A DNA stretch of 64,000 nt from Burkholderiales bacterium. GTDB taxonomy: Bacteria > Pseudomonadota > Gammaproteobacteria > Burkholderiales > Burkholderiaceae_C. The notes below the pieces were generated by a model. It was given only the letters and a program-made list of their open reading frames with translations, did no database searches and had not been told where the DNA came from. Shown in pieces: positions 21,094 to 32,384 of this stretch (its first letter is position 1; the number at the start of each line of letters is the position of its first letter). The translations under genes and the position numbers were made by a program. The stretch spans positions 14,164 through 78,163 of the forward strand of contig JBBQCD010000001.1 in NCBI GenBank assembly GCA_038318385.1, given 5' to 3'.

Positions 21094-21513
21094 TCAGTCG
21101 TGGCGGCCGCGTTGGCCGCGGTCATGGTCGCCACGATCGTGATCTCGTCCGCCCCGCTGCCAGCGGTCGTTGTCGCGGAAGTCTCCGCGGTGGCCGGGCG
21201 GGAGCCAGCGGACGTCGCGCGCTCCGCGCCCGACGTAAACCGGTGCCCCGTAATACGGGCGCGTCTCGCGATAGACCACCACGGGCGGGCGGTAGACCAC
21301 AGGCGGGGCGCGATAGACAACCGGAGGCGGCGCATAGTACGGCGCTTCCGGGTAGTAAACGGGCTGCGGATAATAGGCCGGACCGCCACTGATGACGGTG
21401 GCGACCGGCGGCAGGTTGATGCCGACGGACCACTGGACATTGGCCGCTTGAGCAGCACTGGCGCCCAGCAGGGCGGCACCGGCGGCAAGACCGAGGATCA
21501 GGGAGCGCTTCAT
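21094..21513 (-). CDS. secreted Pro/Tyr/Val-repeat protein with Arg/Asp/His-rich tail
   Basis: The ATG at 21513 follows GGAAGGA. MKRSLILGLAAGAALLGASAAQA is a signal peptide. Repeats: APPPVVYR-APPVVYR-PPVVVYR. Tail: DHDRGDHDRGQRGRHD. Confidence 0.6.
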   Translation of the reverse strand: MKRSLILGLAAGAALLGASAAQAANVQWSVGINLPPVATVISGGPAYYPQPVYYPEAPYYAPPPVVYRAPPVVYRPPVVVYRETRPYYGAPVYVGRGARDVRWLPPGHRGDFRDNDRWQRGGRDHDRGDHDRGQRGRHD

Positions 21514-21667
21514 GTTCGGTTCCTTCCATTGACGAGCACGCGACGCGGCGTGCATGCACCTAGAACGCTTCAGTGTGCATGCCGGGTTGACCATTCGACG
21601 TTTCCCAAGGTAAAGCAAACGTATCGGTTGGCATCCGGGACCGAGAGAACCCGCGCCCTAGAATCGA

Positions 21668-23470
<1,803 letters not shown>

Positions 23471-23488
23471 CGCGGACGCGCGGGTCGA

Positions 23489-24298
23489 TCAGCCGCGGCG
23501 GCGGTGGCCGATCTCGAAGTCGTTGCGCCCGCTGCGGTCGACGCCCTTGAGCAGCCACAATGGACGCCGCGCGAAGTCGACGGCGACGCCGGTCTTGCCG
23601 TCGGCCGGCCGCAGGTCGCGTTCGAAAACCGAGGTCGCCGGCATGTAGCGCAGAGCGACGCCGGTGCGACGCTTCGTCGAACGATTCGCGGCCGCGCCGT
23701 GGATCATGTAGACGTCGTGCAGCGACATCTGCCCGGCCTGGAGCTCGATGTCCACGGCGTCCGCAGCGTCGAAGCGGTCGTCGGCCATGCGCTGGTTCAA
23801 TGTCAGGTCCGTGCGGTCCTCGTGCAGGTGTGGATGCAGCAGGCGCTCCCGATGCGAGCCGGGGATGACCCGCAGGCAGCCGTTCTCGACGGTCGATTCC
23901 TCGAGCGCCACCCAGACGGTGCAGTTTGCGAGCGGACGGATCGGCCAATAGTGGCCATCCTGATGCCACGGCGTCTCGTAGCCCTCGCCGGCGGGCTTGC
24001 AGAAGACATGGCAGCCCCAGAGCACGACGTCGTCGCCGATGACGCCGGAAACCAGTTCGACGATCTCGGGATCGCAGGCAAGGTCGAAAAAACTCGCACT
24101 TCCGCGCACGCCCTCGCCGTTGTCGCCGGCGATGTGCGCGGAGACCAGCTTTTCCGGACGCACGCCCGGGTTGTCGCGCAGCAGCGCATCGAGGGCCTCG
24201 CGCATGGCGGCCACCCGCGACGCCGGCAAGCGGTAACGCGGAACGACCCAGCCGTCGGATCGGTAGCGGTCGACTTCGTTCTGGAGCAGGCGGGCCAT
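23489..24298 (-). CDS. phytanoyl-CoA dioxygenase (PhyH) family Fe(II)/2-oxoglutarate oxygenase
   Basis: TPWHQDGHYWP (HxD), NGCLRVIPGSH, SLHDVYMIHGAAANRS. I prefer the ATG at 24298 (MARLLQNEVDRYRSDGW). Confidence 0.85.
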   Translation of the reverse strand: MARLLQNEVDRYRSDGWVVPRYRLPASRVAAMREALDALLRDNPGVRPEKLVSAHIAGDNGEGVRGSASFFDLACDPEIVELVSGVIGDDVVLWGCHVFCKPAGEGYETPWHQDGHYWPIRPLANCTVWVALEESTVENGCLRVIPGSHRERLLHPHLHEDRTDLTLNQRMADDRFDAADAVDIELQAGQMSLHDVYMIHGAAANRSTKRRTGVALRYMPATSVFERDLRPADGKTGVAVDFARRPLWLLKGVDRSGRNDFEIGHRRRG

Positions 24299-24468
24299 CG
24301 GTATCGGTCTCCGGCGGTTCCGTGCCCGCCGCAACCTCAAGCATACGGCGCGGCGGGCGGCGCCCGGTCGCTGTCGATCATCGCGCCCGAGTCGCCAATG
24401 CGACGCTGCGCGACGAACTGCAGCAACATTGGGGGTGAAGGAGTCGAACTCGACGGGCGCACCGTTCG

Positions 24469-24498
24469 AAAAAAAGCGCGCCCCGAAGGGCGCGCTTT
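24469..24498 (-). terminator. Rho-independent terminator downstream of 24520..25047
   Basis: The minus strand reads AAAGCGCGCCC-TTCG-GGGCGCGC-TTTTTTT: an 8-bp GC stem (24476-24483 / 24488-24495), a 4-nt loop and a 7-U tract (24469-24475). Confidence 0.75.
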
Positions 24499-24519
24499 CA
24501 GCCTTCACGGCTGCTGCGA

Positions 24520-25047
24520 TCAGCGATAGACATGCTCGCCGCGATGGGTGCGCCAGGCGCCTTCCAGGTGCGCTGCGTCTTCGTCGTTGCGCGGACGCAC
24601 AGCCATCAGGATGCCGCCGTCGCGGATGCCCTGGTCGTACTGCTTGACGCGCTCTTCCGGGATGCCCCAGCCGATCAATGCGCCGACGATGCCGCCGGTC
24701 GCGGCGCCGGCACCGGCACCGGCGATCGCAGCCGCGAGCGGGCCGGCGATCACCAAGCCGAGCCCCGGCAACGCGATGGTCGTGCCGACCGCGGCGATCG
24801 CCGCGGCGATGGCGCCGAGACTGCCGCCGATCGCGCCGCCGATGCCGGCGCCTTCGGCCGCCTTGTTGCCCAGTTCGGTCTCGCGACCCTGCACGTCGCC
24901 CGCGAAGTAGCGCTTGCGGGTGTCGTCGGACATCGCGAGGTTGACGTCGGCACCCGTGTAACCCCGATCCGTGACGGATTGGTAGGCGCGCTCGGCACTG
25001 TCGCGATCACGGAAGAGGCCTGTCACCAGCGGCTTGTCGTTGTTCAT
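24520..25047 (-). CDS. general-stress-type protein with central glycine-zipper membrane segment
   Basis: VTGLFRDRDSAERAYQSVTDRGY is a YflT-like stress-domain pattern. Also GAGIGGAIGGSLGAIAAAIAAVG...AGAGAGAATGGIVGALIGWGIP and EERVKQYDQGIRDGGILMAV. Confidence 0.65.
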   Translation of the reverse strand: MNNDKPLVTGLFRDRDSAERAYQSVTDRGYTGADVNLAMSDDTRKRYFAGDVQGRETELGNKAAEGAGIGGAIGGSLGAIAAAIAAVGTTIALPGLGLVIAGPLAAAIAGAGAGAATGGIVGALIGWGIPEERVKQYDQGIRDGGILMAVRPRNDEDAAHLEGAWRTHRGEHVYR

Positions 25048-25252
25048 GTGTCTGCTCCTGAGATGGATGAAAGTCGGGTCTTGATGGGGGGACCCTTTCT
25101 CGGCGCGAATCCCGGAGGGGCCGCGCCGCCGGCCGCCCGGCCAATCGCGCCGGAGGACTGCACGAAAGGATGGCGCGAACGATCAGCGCGCAGAACCGGA
25201 ACCGGCCGCGCGCAGGGGTCGGCCCGACGACGAATGCCCTGTGGGCGCGGTC

Positions 25253-25474
25253 CTACAGGCGCTTGCGGTCGTCGGTACGCGGGCAACGACGCATGCGAAG
25301 CAACAGCTGCCGCAGCAGCGGCGCACTCAGGATCAGACTGGCCGACGACGCCAGCGCCATCGGCACCATCGAGCGGTACTCGGCCATGGCCCAGGCACCG
25401 CCGAAGATGCACAGCAGACCCAGCAGGTAGAGCTGGAACGGGCGGTTCCGGAACAAGTCGAAGATGCGCGGCAT
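25253..25474 (-). CDS. hypothetical small two-helix membrane protein
   Basis: The ATG at 25474 follows GGAG. MPRIFDLFRNRPFQLYLLGLLCIFGGAWAM plus a second hydrophobic stretch. I recognise no family. It may not be expressed. Confidence 0.3.
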   Translation of the reverse strand: MPRIFDLFRNRPFQLYLLGLLCIFGGAWAMAEYRSMVPMALASSASLILSAPLLRQLLLRMRRCPRTDDRKRL

Positions 25475-25738
25475 GGAGAACTCCGGTGGAACCCGCCCAG
25501 TGTTGCAGCGGCCCCTGCGGGCCCGATGTGAAAAACAGCCGGGTTCGGGGTTTCGATGCGCGGATTGGCGGCGATGCAACGTCGTCACGAACGGTGGCGA
25601 GGGGAGCCAACGCCCGGCTGCCCTGCGCCCAGTCCGACAGGGATCTGCGCCTGAAGCCGACAGCGCCCTGCTCGCCGAAGCAGAAGAATGACTCGATCGG
25701 TGCACTCTGCACCCTCGACATCCTCTGGCGCCGACCCC

Positions 25739-27064
25739 ATGACCTCTTCCACCTCAGGCGTCCGCGTGCTGGCGCTTGTTACCGCACTCGCGCTCGCCGG
25801 CTGCGGCGAAACCGCCCGTCTGACGGTCGATGCCGGCACGGGCCCGAACCCGCAGCTCCCGCCACCCAACAAGTCGTTGATCCCGACCGTCAACATCGCG
25901 CCCGCCACGGGCTGGGCTCCCGGAGGCACGCCGACACCGGCCCCGGGTCTGCAGATCACGGCCTTCGCGCGTGAACTCGATCATCCGCGTTGGTTGCTGG
26001 TGCTTCCCAACGGCGACGTGCTCGTCGCCGAGACGAATGCCCCGCCGAAACCCGAGGACGGACAAGGCATCAAGGGCTGGATCATGAAGATGGTGATGAA
26101 GCGGGCTGGCGCAGGGACGCCCAGCGCGAACCGCATCACCCTGCTGCGCGATGCCGACGGCGACGGCAGCGCCGAGACCCGCACGGTGTTTCTCGAAGGC
26201 CTGCATTCGCCGTTCGGCATGGCCCTGGTCGGCAACGACCTCTACGTCGCCGACACCGACGCGGTGTTGCGCTTCCCCTATGTCAGCGGCGAGACCCGGA
26301 TCAGCGTCGCTGGCACGAAGGTGGTCGACCTGCCTGCCGGTCCGATCAACCATCACTGGACCAAGAACATCATCGCCACGCCCGACGGAGGCAAGCTGTT
26401 CGTGACCGTCGGTTCGAACAGCAACGTCGCCGAGAACGGCATCGAGGCAGAAGAAGGACGCGCTGCCGTGTGGGAAGTCGATCCGCACAGTGGCCAGCAT
26501 CGCATCTACGCCTCCGGCATCCGCAATCCGAACGGCATGGCCTGGCGGACGGACAACGGGGCTGCGGTGCTCTGGACCGTCGCCAACGAGCGTGACGAGA
26601 TCGGCAGCGATCTCGTCCCCGATTACCTGACGTCGGTGCGCGACGGCGCGTTCTACGGCTGGCCGTACAGCTACTACGGCCAGCACGTCGACGAGCGCGT
26701 CCAGCCGCAGCGCCCGGATCTCGTCGCCAAGGCAATCGCGCCCGACTATGCGCTCGGCCCGCACACGGCGTCGCTCGGCCTGGCTGCTTCCGACGGCGCC
26801 GCGCTGCCCGCCCCCTTCGCCGGCGGCATGTTCGTGGGTCAGCACGGTTCGTGGAATCGCAAGCCCCGCAGCGGGTACAAGGTGATCTTCGTTCCGTTCC
26901 AGGGGGCGAGTCCCTCGGGCGAGCCGATCGACGTGCTGACAGGCTTCGTCAGCCCCGATGGCGATGCGTACGGGCGGCCCGTCGGCGTCGCCATCGACAA
27001 GCGCGGCGGCCTGCTCGTGGCCGACGACGTCGGCAACACGATCTGGCGCGTGAGCAAACCCTGA
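25739..27064 (+). CDS. PQQ-dependent sugar (sorbosone/glucose) dehydrogenase family lipoprotein
   Basis: [22 protein letters not shown] is a lipobox. Also [59 protein letters not shown]. These are beta-propeller SDH-family motifs. Confidence 0.85.
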   Translation: MTSSTSGVRVLALVTALALAGCGETARLTVDAGTGPNPQLPPPNKSLIPTVNIAPATGWAPGGTPTPAPGLQITAFARELDHPRWLLVLPNGDVLVAETNAPPKPEDGQGIKGWIMKMVMKRAGAGTPSANRITLLRDADGDGSAETRTVFLEGLHSPFGMALVGNDLYVADTDAVLRFPYVSGETRISVAGTKVVDLPAGPINHHWTKNIIATPDGGKLFVTVGSNSNVAENGIEAEEGRAAVWEVDPHSGQHRIYASGIRNPNGMAWRTDNGAAVLWTVANERDEIGSDLVPDYLTSVRDGAFYGWPYSYYGQHVDERVQPQRPDLVAKAIAPDYALGPHTASLGLAASDGAALPAPFAGGMFVGQHGSWNRKPRSGYKVIFVPFQGASPSGEPIDVLTGFVSPDGDAYGRPVGVAIDKRGGLLVADDVGNTIWRVSKP

Positions 27065-27080
27065 CCCTCCGGTCGCGGGA

Positions 27081-27494
27081 TCAGCCTCGCGCGCGTAACG
27101 CGAGCCAGTAGGCAGCCGCTCCCGCAATGGCCGACGCCACCATGCCCCAGGCCATGTCGAGCATGACGAGCCGCGTGCTCCATCCGCGCAGCGTGGCCAG
27201 GTTGCTGAGATCGTAGGCACCGTAGGCGACAAGTCCGACCACTGCGCACCGCAACACGGCCTCTCCGAAACCGGCGGGAGCCGGTTGCAGGGCGAGATAG
27301 ACCAGACCGAGCGGATAGAGCAGGTAGAAGAGCGCCGCCGGCACGACGCGCACCGACTCGACCATCATGTCGCCGATCTCACGCTTGTAGAAGTCTCGGG
27401 CCAGCCAGCCCAGCCAGATGGCGTCGAGGGCACCCATGACGACGAGCGCGACGAGATAGGCCAGGCCGAACTGGGCAGTGGTAAGTCGAGTCAT
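27081..27494 (-). CDS. DUF2177-family membrane protein
   Basis: 137 aa, four helices. LVALVVMGALDAIWLGWLARDFYKREIG is the characteristic start of the family. Confidence 0.72.
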   Translation of the reverse strand: MTRLTTAQFGLAYLVALVVMGALDAIWLGWLARDFYKREIGDMMVESVRVVPAALFYLLYPLGLVYLALQPAPAGFGEAVLRCAVVGLVAYGAYDLSNLATLRGWSTRLVMLDMAWGMVASAIAGAAAYWLALRARG

Positions 27495-27600
27495 CGGTGG
27501 TCAGGGCTCGGAATGGGGGTTGAGGAACGATACCCCGCACATCGAAGGGCCGCGCCCGAGGGAATGACCTGAAATAAGGGTTATCCCTTAGCATGGACGC

Positions 27601-27807
27601 ATGACCATGATTCGATTGACCATGAGCCCATTCTTTCGCGTACTCGGCAGACTGTTCGCCATGTCTGTCACCGATTCCCAGGATCGCGACGCCGACTACC
27701 TCGCACAATCGACCGACATCTACGACCTCGAGCGGCGCATGCGCCACGTGGACGACCGCCAACAGACGCTGCACGCGATCGGGACTTACGGCGTCTTCAT
27801 TCGCTGA
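27601..27807 (+). CDS. DUF3563-family small protein
   Basis: DADYLAQSTDIYDLERRMRHVD matches the conserved YLAQSTDxxDLERRMR core. Three in-frame ATGs (27601, 27607, 27622) leave the start uncertain. Confidence 0.62.
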   Translation: MTMIRLTMSPFFRVLGRLFAMSVTDSQDRDADYLAQSTDIYDLERRMRHVDDRQQTLHAIGTYGVFIR

Positions 27808-27831
27808 ATGCCTCCCGGGCCGAGACCGGCA

Positions 27832-28353
27832 TTACCATGTCGCCCGAACCAGCCCGGCCACTGCAACGGCGCGCGTTCCCGTGCCCCCGCCCGGCCCGAT
27901 CACCGCCTGCGTGATCGCCCAACGAGGCAGCGGTTCGCCGGCATTGAGTTCGTCGACGTAACGAAGCAGAGTCGCAAAGTCGACGAATTCGGCGTCCACA
28001 TGGATCGAACGCTCGGCCCTCACGATTTCGACCGTCACCAGGTCGACCCCGGCCATGTCGACCGTCTCGAGGGCCGTCAGCATGGCCGGCCAGTCGGAGG
28101 GGGATGCGACCCTCGCCTTTTCGTGAGGCTTCGCCGCCGAAGGCTCCCGCGAGGCAGGTAGCGACTCTGCAGTCTTGGAGGCGACCTCCCGCATCAATCC
28201 GTCGCGGCGCGCATTCAACTCCCCGAGGCGGTTCGTGGCGTCGATGACGCCGGCCCACAGCGCCAGCGTTCCGACCGTGCCGGCCACGAGAACAAGCCCC
28301 TGCACGACCCGCGGCGTCGACCGGCGGCGCAGGTCGACATTCAAGGGTTTCAC
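27832..28353 (-). CDS. PilN/GspM-like bitopic inner-membrane assembly protein (last gene of the secretion operon)
   Basis: The GTG at 28353 overlaps the upstream stop (GTGA). It has a short basic N-terminus, one TM (VVQGLVLVAGTVGTLALWAGVI), a coiled segment, then a C-terminal alpha/beta region (VDLVTVEIVRAERSIHVDAEFVDFATLLRYVDEL). The call rests on architecture only. Confidence 0.5.
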   Translation of the reverse strand: MKPLNVDLRRRSTPRVVQGLVLVAGTVGTLALWAGVIDATNRLGELNARRDGLMREVASKTAESLPASREPSAAKPHEKARVASPSDWPAMLTALETVDMAGVDLVTVEIVRAERSIHVDAEFVDFATLLRYVDELNAGEPLPRWAITQAVIGPGGGTGTRAVAVAGLVRATW

Positions 28354-29138
28354 GAGATCGCTTCCAGCGGCGAGCTGAAAGGCGGGCCATCGGGCGCAGG
28401 CTCCGCAGCGACGCCGTGACGCTCGCGCATGGCCACGCGGATGGCTCTCCCGGGATCGAGATTCGACGTCAGAAGGGCTCGAACGGTCAAGTCGCGCAAC
28501 GCCAGCGTCCCGGGCACGGGCGAATGGCTCGCCGCAGAGATAAGGGCTCCGGTGCCGCCAATGAGGACGGTCGCTGCGTCGGTATCGTGGGCGAGCACGA
28601 GCGCGTCGGCCCCGCGACCGCGATCGAGGGCGTGGTTGAACGCCAGCGTCCACCAGGGCCGCAAGGCGACCAGTCTCGCGCCGCTGCGCCGGCAAGCGGA
28701 CTCGATGGCGCCCCGCAGGGAGCGATCCATTGCCACGCACAGGCACGGACGTTGGGGGGCCCATGCGTCGAGCCAGACGTCGCACGGGCCTTCCAACCCC
28801 GTGGCCTCGAGCGCCATGTGCGCGACCACCTCTTGCGCCTCGCGAATGTGCACCAGGCCCGACACGGGCTCGAGGAAGAATGGAGGTGCGAGGGCACCGG
28901 ACAGCGAGATCGCCAGGCGCGGACGGCGCCATCCAGCGCGACGGGCGTCCAGCAGAACCAACACCTTCCGAAGGCCGTCCAGCGGCGAATCCGCTGCAAG
29001 CCAGTGCTCCTCAGCGGGCGACGACGCGTCATGGCCCGCAACGGCCACTCGCGTTGTCCCGAGATAGATCTGGATGACCTCAGAGGCAGCCCACGACACG
29101 CTGGACCTCCTCGACCGAGGTATGCCCGCGAACCACAT
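28350..29138 (-). CDS. PilM / GspL-cytoplasmic-domain-like actin-fold protein without a transmembrane segment
   Basis: About 250 aa and soluble. Position directly after gspE, and a pattern of alternating beta/alpha blocks (VIQIYLGTTRVAVAG..., CLCVAMDRSLRGAIESACRRSGARLVALRPWW, ALVLAHDTDAATVLIGG). The start is uncertain: ATG 29138 or GTG 29099, and both overlap gspE. Confidence 0.45.
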   Translation of the reverse strand: MWFAGIPRSRRSSVSWAASEVIQIYLGTTRVAVAGHDASSPAEEHWLAADSPLDGLRKVLVLLDARRAGWRRPRLAISLSGALAPPFFLEPVSGLVHIREAQEVVAHMALEATGLEGPCDVWLDAWAPQRPCLCVAMDRSLRGAIESACRRSGARLVALRPWWTLAFNHALDRGRGADALVLAHDTDAATVLIGGTGALISAASHSPVPGTLALRDLTVRALLTSNLDPGRAIRVAMRERHGVAAEPAPDGPPFSSPLEAIS

Positions 29139-30693
29139 GCCATGCAGCTTGACTCACGAGCGATTCGACTCCCCGTTCGACGGCATGGCGGCGCAGGGCA
29201 GAGACCGGTACGCCCTCGGTGACGCCATCGCGCAAGGTGTCGTCGACCCGATGAACCTCGGCAACCACGAACCGACCTCGATACCCGGTCGCGCCGCAGT
29301 GCGTGCAGCCGACCGCTCGCGGCACACCGTGCTGGTCGGCCTGACCCGCCATCGCGAGCCAATCACGCTCGCGCTCGGTCGTCTCGCGCACCGCAACGCA
29401 GTGTTCGCAGAGTCGCCTCACCAGGCGCTGGACGACTACGCCGTTCAACGACGACATGAAGCCGAACATGTCGAGTCCGAAGTGCCGGAAGCGACCGATC
29501 ACGTCAGTGATGCCGTTTGCGTGCACCGACGTGAACACCAGATGTCCCGTGAGGGAAGACTGAACCGCGATCTCGGCGGTCTCGGCGTCGCGGATCTCAC
29601 CGACCAGGATCCGGTCGGGGTCATGCCGCAAGATGGATCGCAGCCCCCTCGCGAATGTGAGGCCCTTGCGCTCATTGACGGGAATCTGAAGGACGCCGGG
29701 CAGCTCGTACTCCACCGGGTCCTCGATGGTGATGATCTTCTCGGCCCCTGTGTTGATCTCGGAAAGCACTGCGTAGAGGGTCGTCGTCTTGCCGCTTCCC
29801 GTGGGTCCGGTGACCAGCAGCATTCCGCTCGGCTCGCGCGCCATGTCGCGAATCAGCATGGCATTGCCTTCCTGAAATCCGAGCAGGTCGAGTGAAAGAG
29901 CGGACGACCGGCTGCGCAGCTGCGCCTTGTCGAGCAAACGCAGAACCGCATCCTCCCCGAACGCGCTCGGCATGATCGAAACCCGGAGATCGGTGCTGTC
30001 GCCCGCGCGGCTGAAGCGGAACCGACCGTCCTGAGGCAACCTGCACTCGGTGATATCGAGTTGCGCCAGAACCTTGATTCGCGAAACGACTTCCTGAGCC
30101 GACTGGAGTCCTTCCAGGCGCGAATGGCGTCTGATCACGCCGTCGAGACGATGCTTGACGGTGACGCCCGACCGGTCGCACTCGAAATGGACGTCACTGG
30201 CGCCACACTGCAGCGCTGCGACGACGGCCGCGTCGACGAAGGCGACGACCGGACTGTCGGCGGATGATGACCGCGCCCAGGTCGTATCGCCGGCGGCGGT
30301 GCCGGCTTCGTCACCGAGGAGCCGATCGATGGCGGCCCGCGTCGCCGCAGCGGGGGCTACCCGCGCACCGAGGCGCCGGCTGGCACGTCGCAACAGCGCT
30401 TCGTCCCAGGGGTCTTCGGCAACGAGCAGCGGAGCGCTGGCTTCGCGCGGCACGATGGCACAGCGCCAGCCGCGAGCGGTCGCCCGATCGATGACGGAAA
30501 AATCCGCCTGCTCGGCAGGGCCGGCGTCGAAGAATCCGACGCCGGCCTCGGCCGGGAGGCGTTCAGCGAGGGTGGAGACGTCCCAACCCGGCAAGCTCAG
30601 CAACACGTCGAGAATGGCTGGGCCGCCGGCGCGATAGTGTCCGCGAGCGGTCGACACCGCTTCGCGAAGCGAAGAATCATGCGCGAGCATCAT
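29080..30693 (-). CDS. gspE: GspE/PilB-family secretion ATPase
   Basis: ASDVHFE, ITECRLPQDGRF, LVTGPTGSGKTTTLYA (Walker A), ITIEDPVEY, RHDPDRILVGEIRD (Walker B / Asp box), TGHLVFTSVHAN (His box), CEHC...CTHCGATGYRGR (tetracysteine). I prefer the ATG at 30693, 9 nt after the gspF stop. Confidence 0.92.
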   Translation of the reverse strand: MMLAHDSSLREAVSTARGHYRAGGPAILDVLLSLPGWDVSTLAERLPAEAGVGFFDAGPAEQADFSVIDRATARGWRCAIVPREASAPLLVAEDPWDEALLRRASRRLGARVAPAAATRAAIDRLLGDEAGTAAGDTTWARSSSADSPVVAFVDAAVVAALQCGASDVHFECDRSGVTVKHRLDGVIRRHSRLEGLQSAQEVVSRIKVLAQLDITECRLPQDGRFRFSRAGDSTDLRVSIMPSAFGEDAVLRLLDKAQLRSRSSALSLDLLGFQEGNAMLIRDMAREPSGMLLVTGPTGSGKTTTLYAVLSEINTGAEKIITIEDPVEYELPGVLQIPVNERKGLTFARGLRSILRHDPDRILVGEIRDAETAEIAVQSSLTGHLVFTSVHANGITDVIGRFRHFGLDMFGFMSSLNGVVVQRLVRRLCEHCVAVRETTERERDWLAMAGQADQHGVPRAVGCTHCGATGYRGRFVVAEVHRVDDTLRDGVTEGVPVSALRRHAVERGVESLVSQAAWHVVRGHTSVEEVQRVVGCL

Positions 30694-30704
30694 GGAGGCT
30701 GCAG

Positions 30705-31901
30705 TCAGCGGACGCCATTGGCAATATCGAAGATCGGCATGTACATCGTGACCACGATGCCGCCGACCACCAGCGCGACCAGCAACAGCAGCAGCGGCTC
30801 GACAACTCGCATCGCTCGCTCCACGAAGGTCGCGAATTCGCCAGCGCAACGGTCGGCAATCGCCTGGAGCACCGTGTCGAAGCTGCCACTGCGCTCACCC
30901 ACGCCCAGCAGGCGGCGCGTGACCTCATCGGTGAGTCCGGCTTCGCCGAATGCAGACGCCACCGCACGGCCCTGGGCGATCTCGCCGCGCGCCCGCGCGA
31001 TGCCGGTGTCGACACTCGTTCCAAGACCCATTTCCGCGCTCACCGCCAGTGCTTCGTCGAGCGTGTAGCCGCCGCGAAACATCAGCGCGAGAGCCTGATA
31101 GAGCTTGGCGCGGCGGAAGTGATTCCACTGATTGCGCAGCGGCGGTATCACCTCGACGAGACGCGCCATCATCTTCCAGGCAAGACCTTTGCGGAACATC
31201 CATGCCACCAGGAGAAGAAGGCCGACCCCTGCGGCCATCACCACGGGCACTTGGTCGTGCAAGGCCTCGCTGAGCATCATCAACACGCGCGTCGGCACGC
31301 TGACGGCGCCATGGAAGTCGACGTACATCCGAGAAAATCGCGGGATGACATAGAGCAGCAGGAACAACGCCACCAGAAACCCCAACAGCGCGACGACGGC
31401 CGGGTAGATTGCCGCGCTGATCGCCTGGCGGCTCAGGCGCATGACCATTTCGTCGTAACGCAGGTAATCCTCGAGTGCGCCGGTCAACGTTCCGGTGCGC
31501 TCGCTGGTCGTGACGCCGGCGATGAGGACGGCCGGAAACGCACCGGAGCGCTGCATGGCACGCGACAGGCGGTGCCCCTGCTGCAACGAGCGAAGCAACC
31601 CGGTGTGCACGATCTCGCGTTCTGTTCCTCGAGCTTGGGCGGCCAGCGTCTCGAGGGCCTCCACCGCCGTCATGCCGGCCTTCAGCAAGGTGGCCAGCTC
31701 GCGACACCAGGTGGCCACTGCGAAGCGCGACGGGCGTGGAGCGAGCACGAGCGACGCCTTCGAGTCGTGGCGCAGCTGGAGGACGATCCTTCCGGCGACG
31801 GCGGAGTCGGTGCGAAGGGCTTGCTCCGAGGGAGCCTCGACTCGCGAGTCGACAACGGCTCGCTGCACCGGATCGTAGTAGCGCAACCCGTACATGGCCA
31901 T
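30705..31901 (-). CDS. gspF: GspF/PilC-family inner-membrane platform protein
   Basis: 398 aa with two repeated T2SSF domains (RELATLLKAGMTAVEALETLA ... ERTGTL; LYQALALMFRGGYTLDEAL ... GERSGSFDTVLQ) and three TM segments. Confidence 0.9.
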   Translation of the reverse strand: MAMYGLRYYDPVQRAVVDSRVEAPSEQALRTDSAVAGRIVLQLRHDSKASLVLAPRPSRFAVATWCRELATLLKAGMTAVEALETLAAQARGTEREIVHTGLLRSLQQGHRLSRAMQRSGAFPAVLIAGVTTSERTGTLTGALEDYLRYDEMVMRLSRQAISAAIYPAVVALLGFLVALFLLLYVIPRFSRMYVDFHGAVSVPTRVLMMLSEALHDQVPVVMAAGVGLLLLVAWMFRKGLAWKMMARLVEVIPPLRNQWNHFRRAKLYQALALMFRGGYTLDEALAVSAEMGLGTSVDTGIARARGEIAQGRAVASAFGEAGLTDEVTRRLLGVGERSGSFDTVLQAIADRCAGEFATFVERAMRVVEPLLLLLVALVVGGIVVTMYMPIFDIANGVR

Positions 31902-31925
31902 GATGCGTCCCTTGGCCCGGGCCCA

Positions 31926-32384
31926 TCAGCGGACGATGTCGGCGGCGTCGCCGCTGCCACCCGGGAGCCGGTCCTTGCCGTGACTCAGGAGGTCGTAATC
32001 CCGGCCATTCGAGCCCGGTGCCCGATATTGATAGGGCGTGCCCCAGGGATCCAGCGGAACATCGCTCTGCAGGTACGGGCCGCGCCAGCGTGACTCGTCC
32101 ACCGGTTGCGAAACCAGGGCACGCAGGCCCTGGGCCGTCGAAGGGAAGCGGCCGGTGTCGATTCGATAGCCCTGGAGTGCCTTGTCGAACGCATCGAGCT
32201 GCGCGCGCGCGGCGGTCACCTCCGAACGACCGACCTGGCCGAGAAAACGGGGCGCGACGACGCCGGTCAGCAAGCCGATGATCAGGATGACGACAAGCAG
32301 TTCGAGCAAGGTGAAGCCCTGGAAGCCCCGCCCAGAATGAAGCCCCGACGGCGCCTGCATCCGCAGGGCGGTACGCCTGCTCAT
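31926..32384 (-). CDS. gspG: major pseudopilin GspG
   Basis: GFTLLELLVVILIIGLLTGVVAPRF (prepilin cleavage/methylation motif with Glu5), AQLDAFDKALQGYRIDTGRFPSTAQGLRALV, RWRGPYL, DPWGTPYQYRAPG, YDLLSHGKD. The ATG at 32384 overlaps the upstream stop (ATGA). Confidence 0.9.
   Translation of the reverse strand: MSRRTALRMQAPSGLHSGRGFQGFTLLELLVVILIIGLLTGVVAPRFLGQVGRSEVTAARAQLDAFDKALQGYRIDTGRFPSTAQGLRALVSQPVDESRWRGPYLQSDVPLDPWGTPYQYRAPGSNGRDYDLLSHGKDRLPGGSGDAADIVR

Noticed and set aside
24438-24466. The ggagtcgaactcgacggg segment resembles a tRNA T-arm when read on the minus strand.
   Set aside because: The putative T-stem does not pair (tcgag against ccttc) and no other cloverleaf elements are present. 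The adjacent real structure is the intrinsic terminator at 24469-24498.
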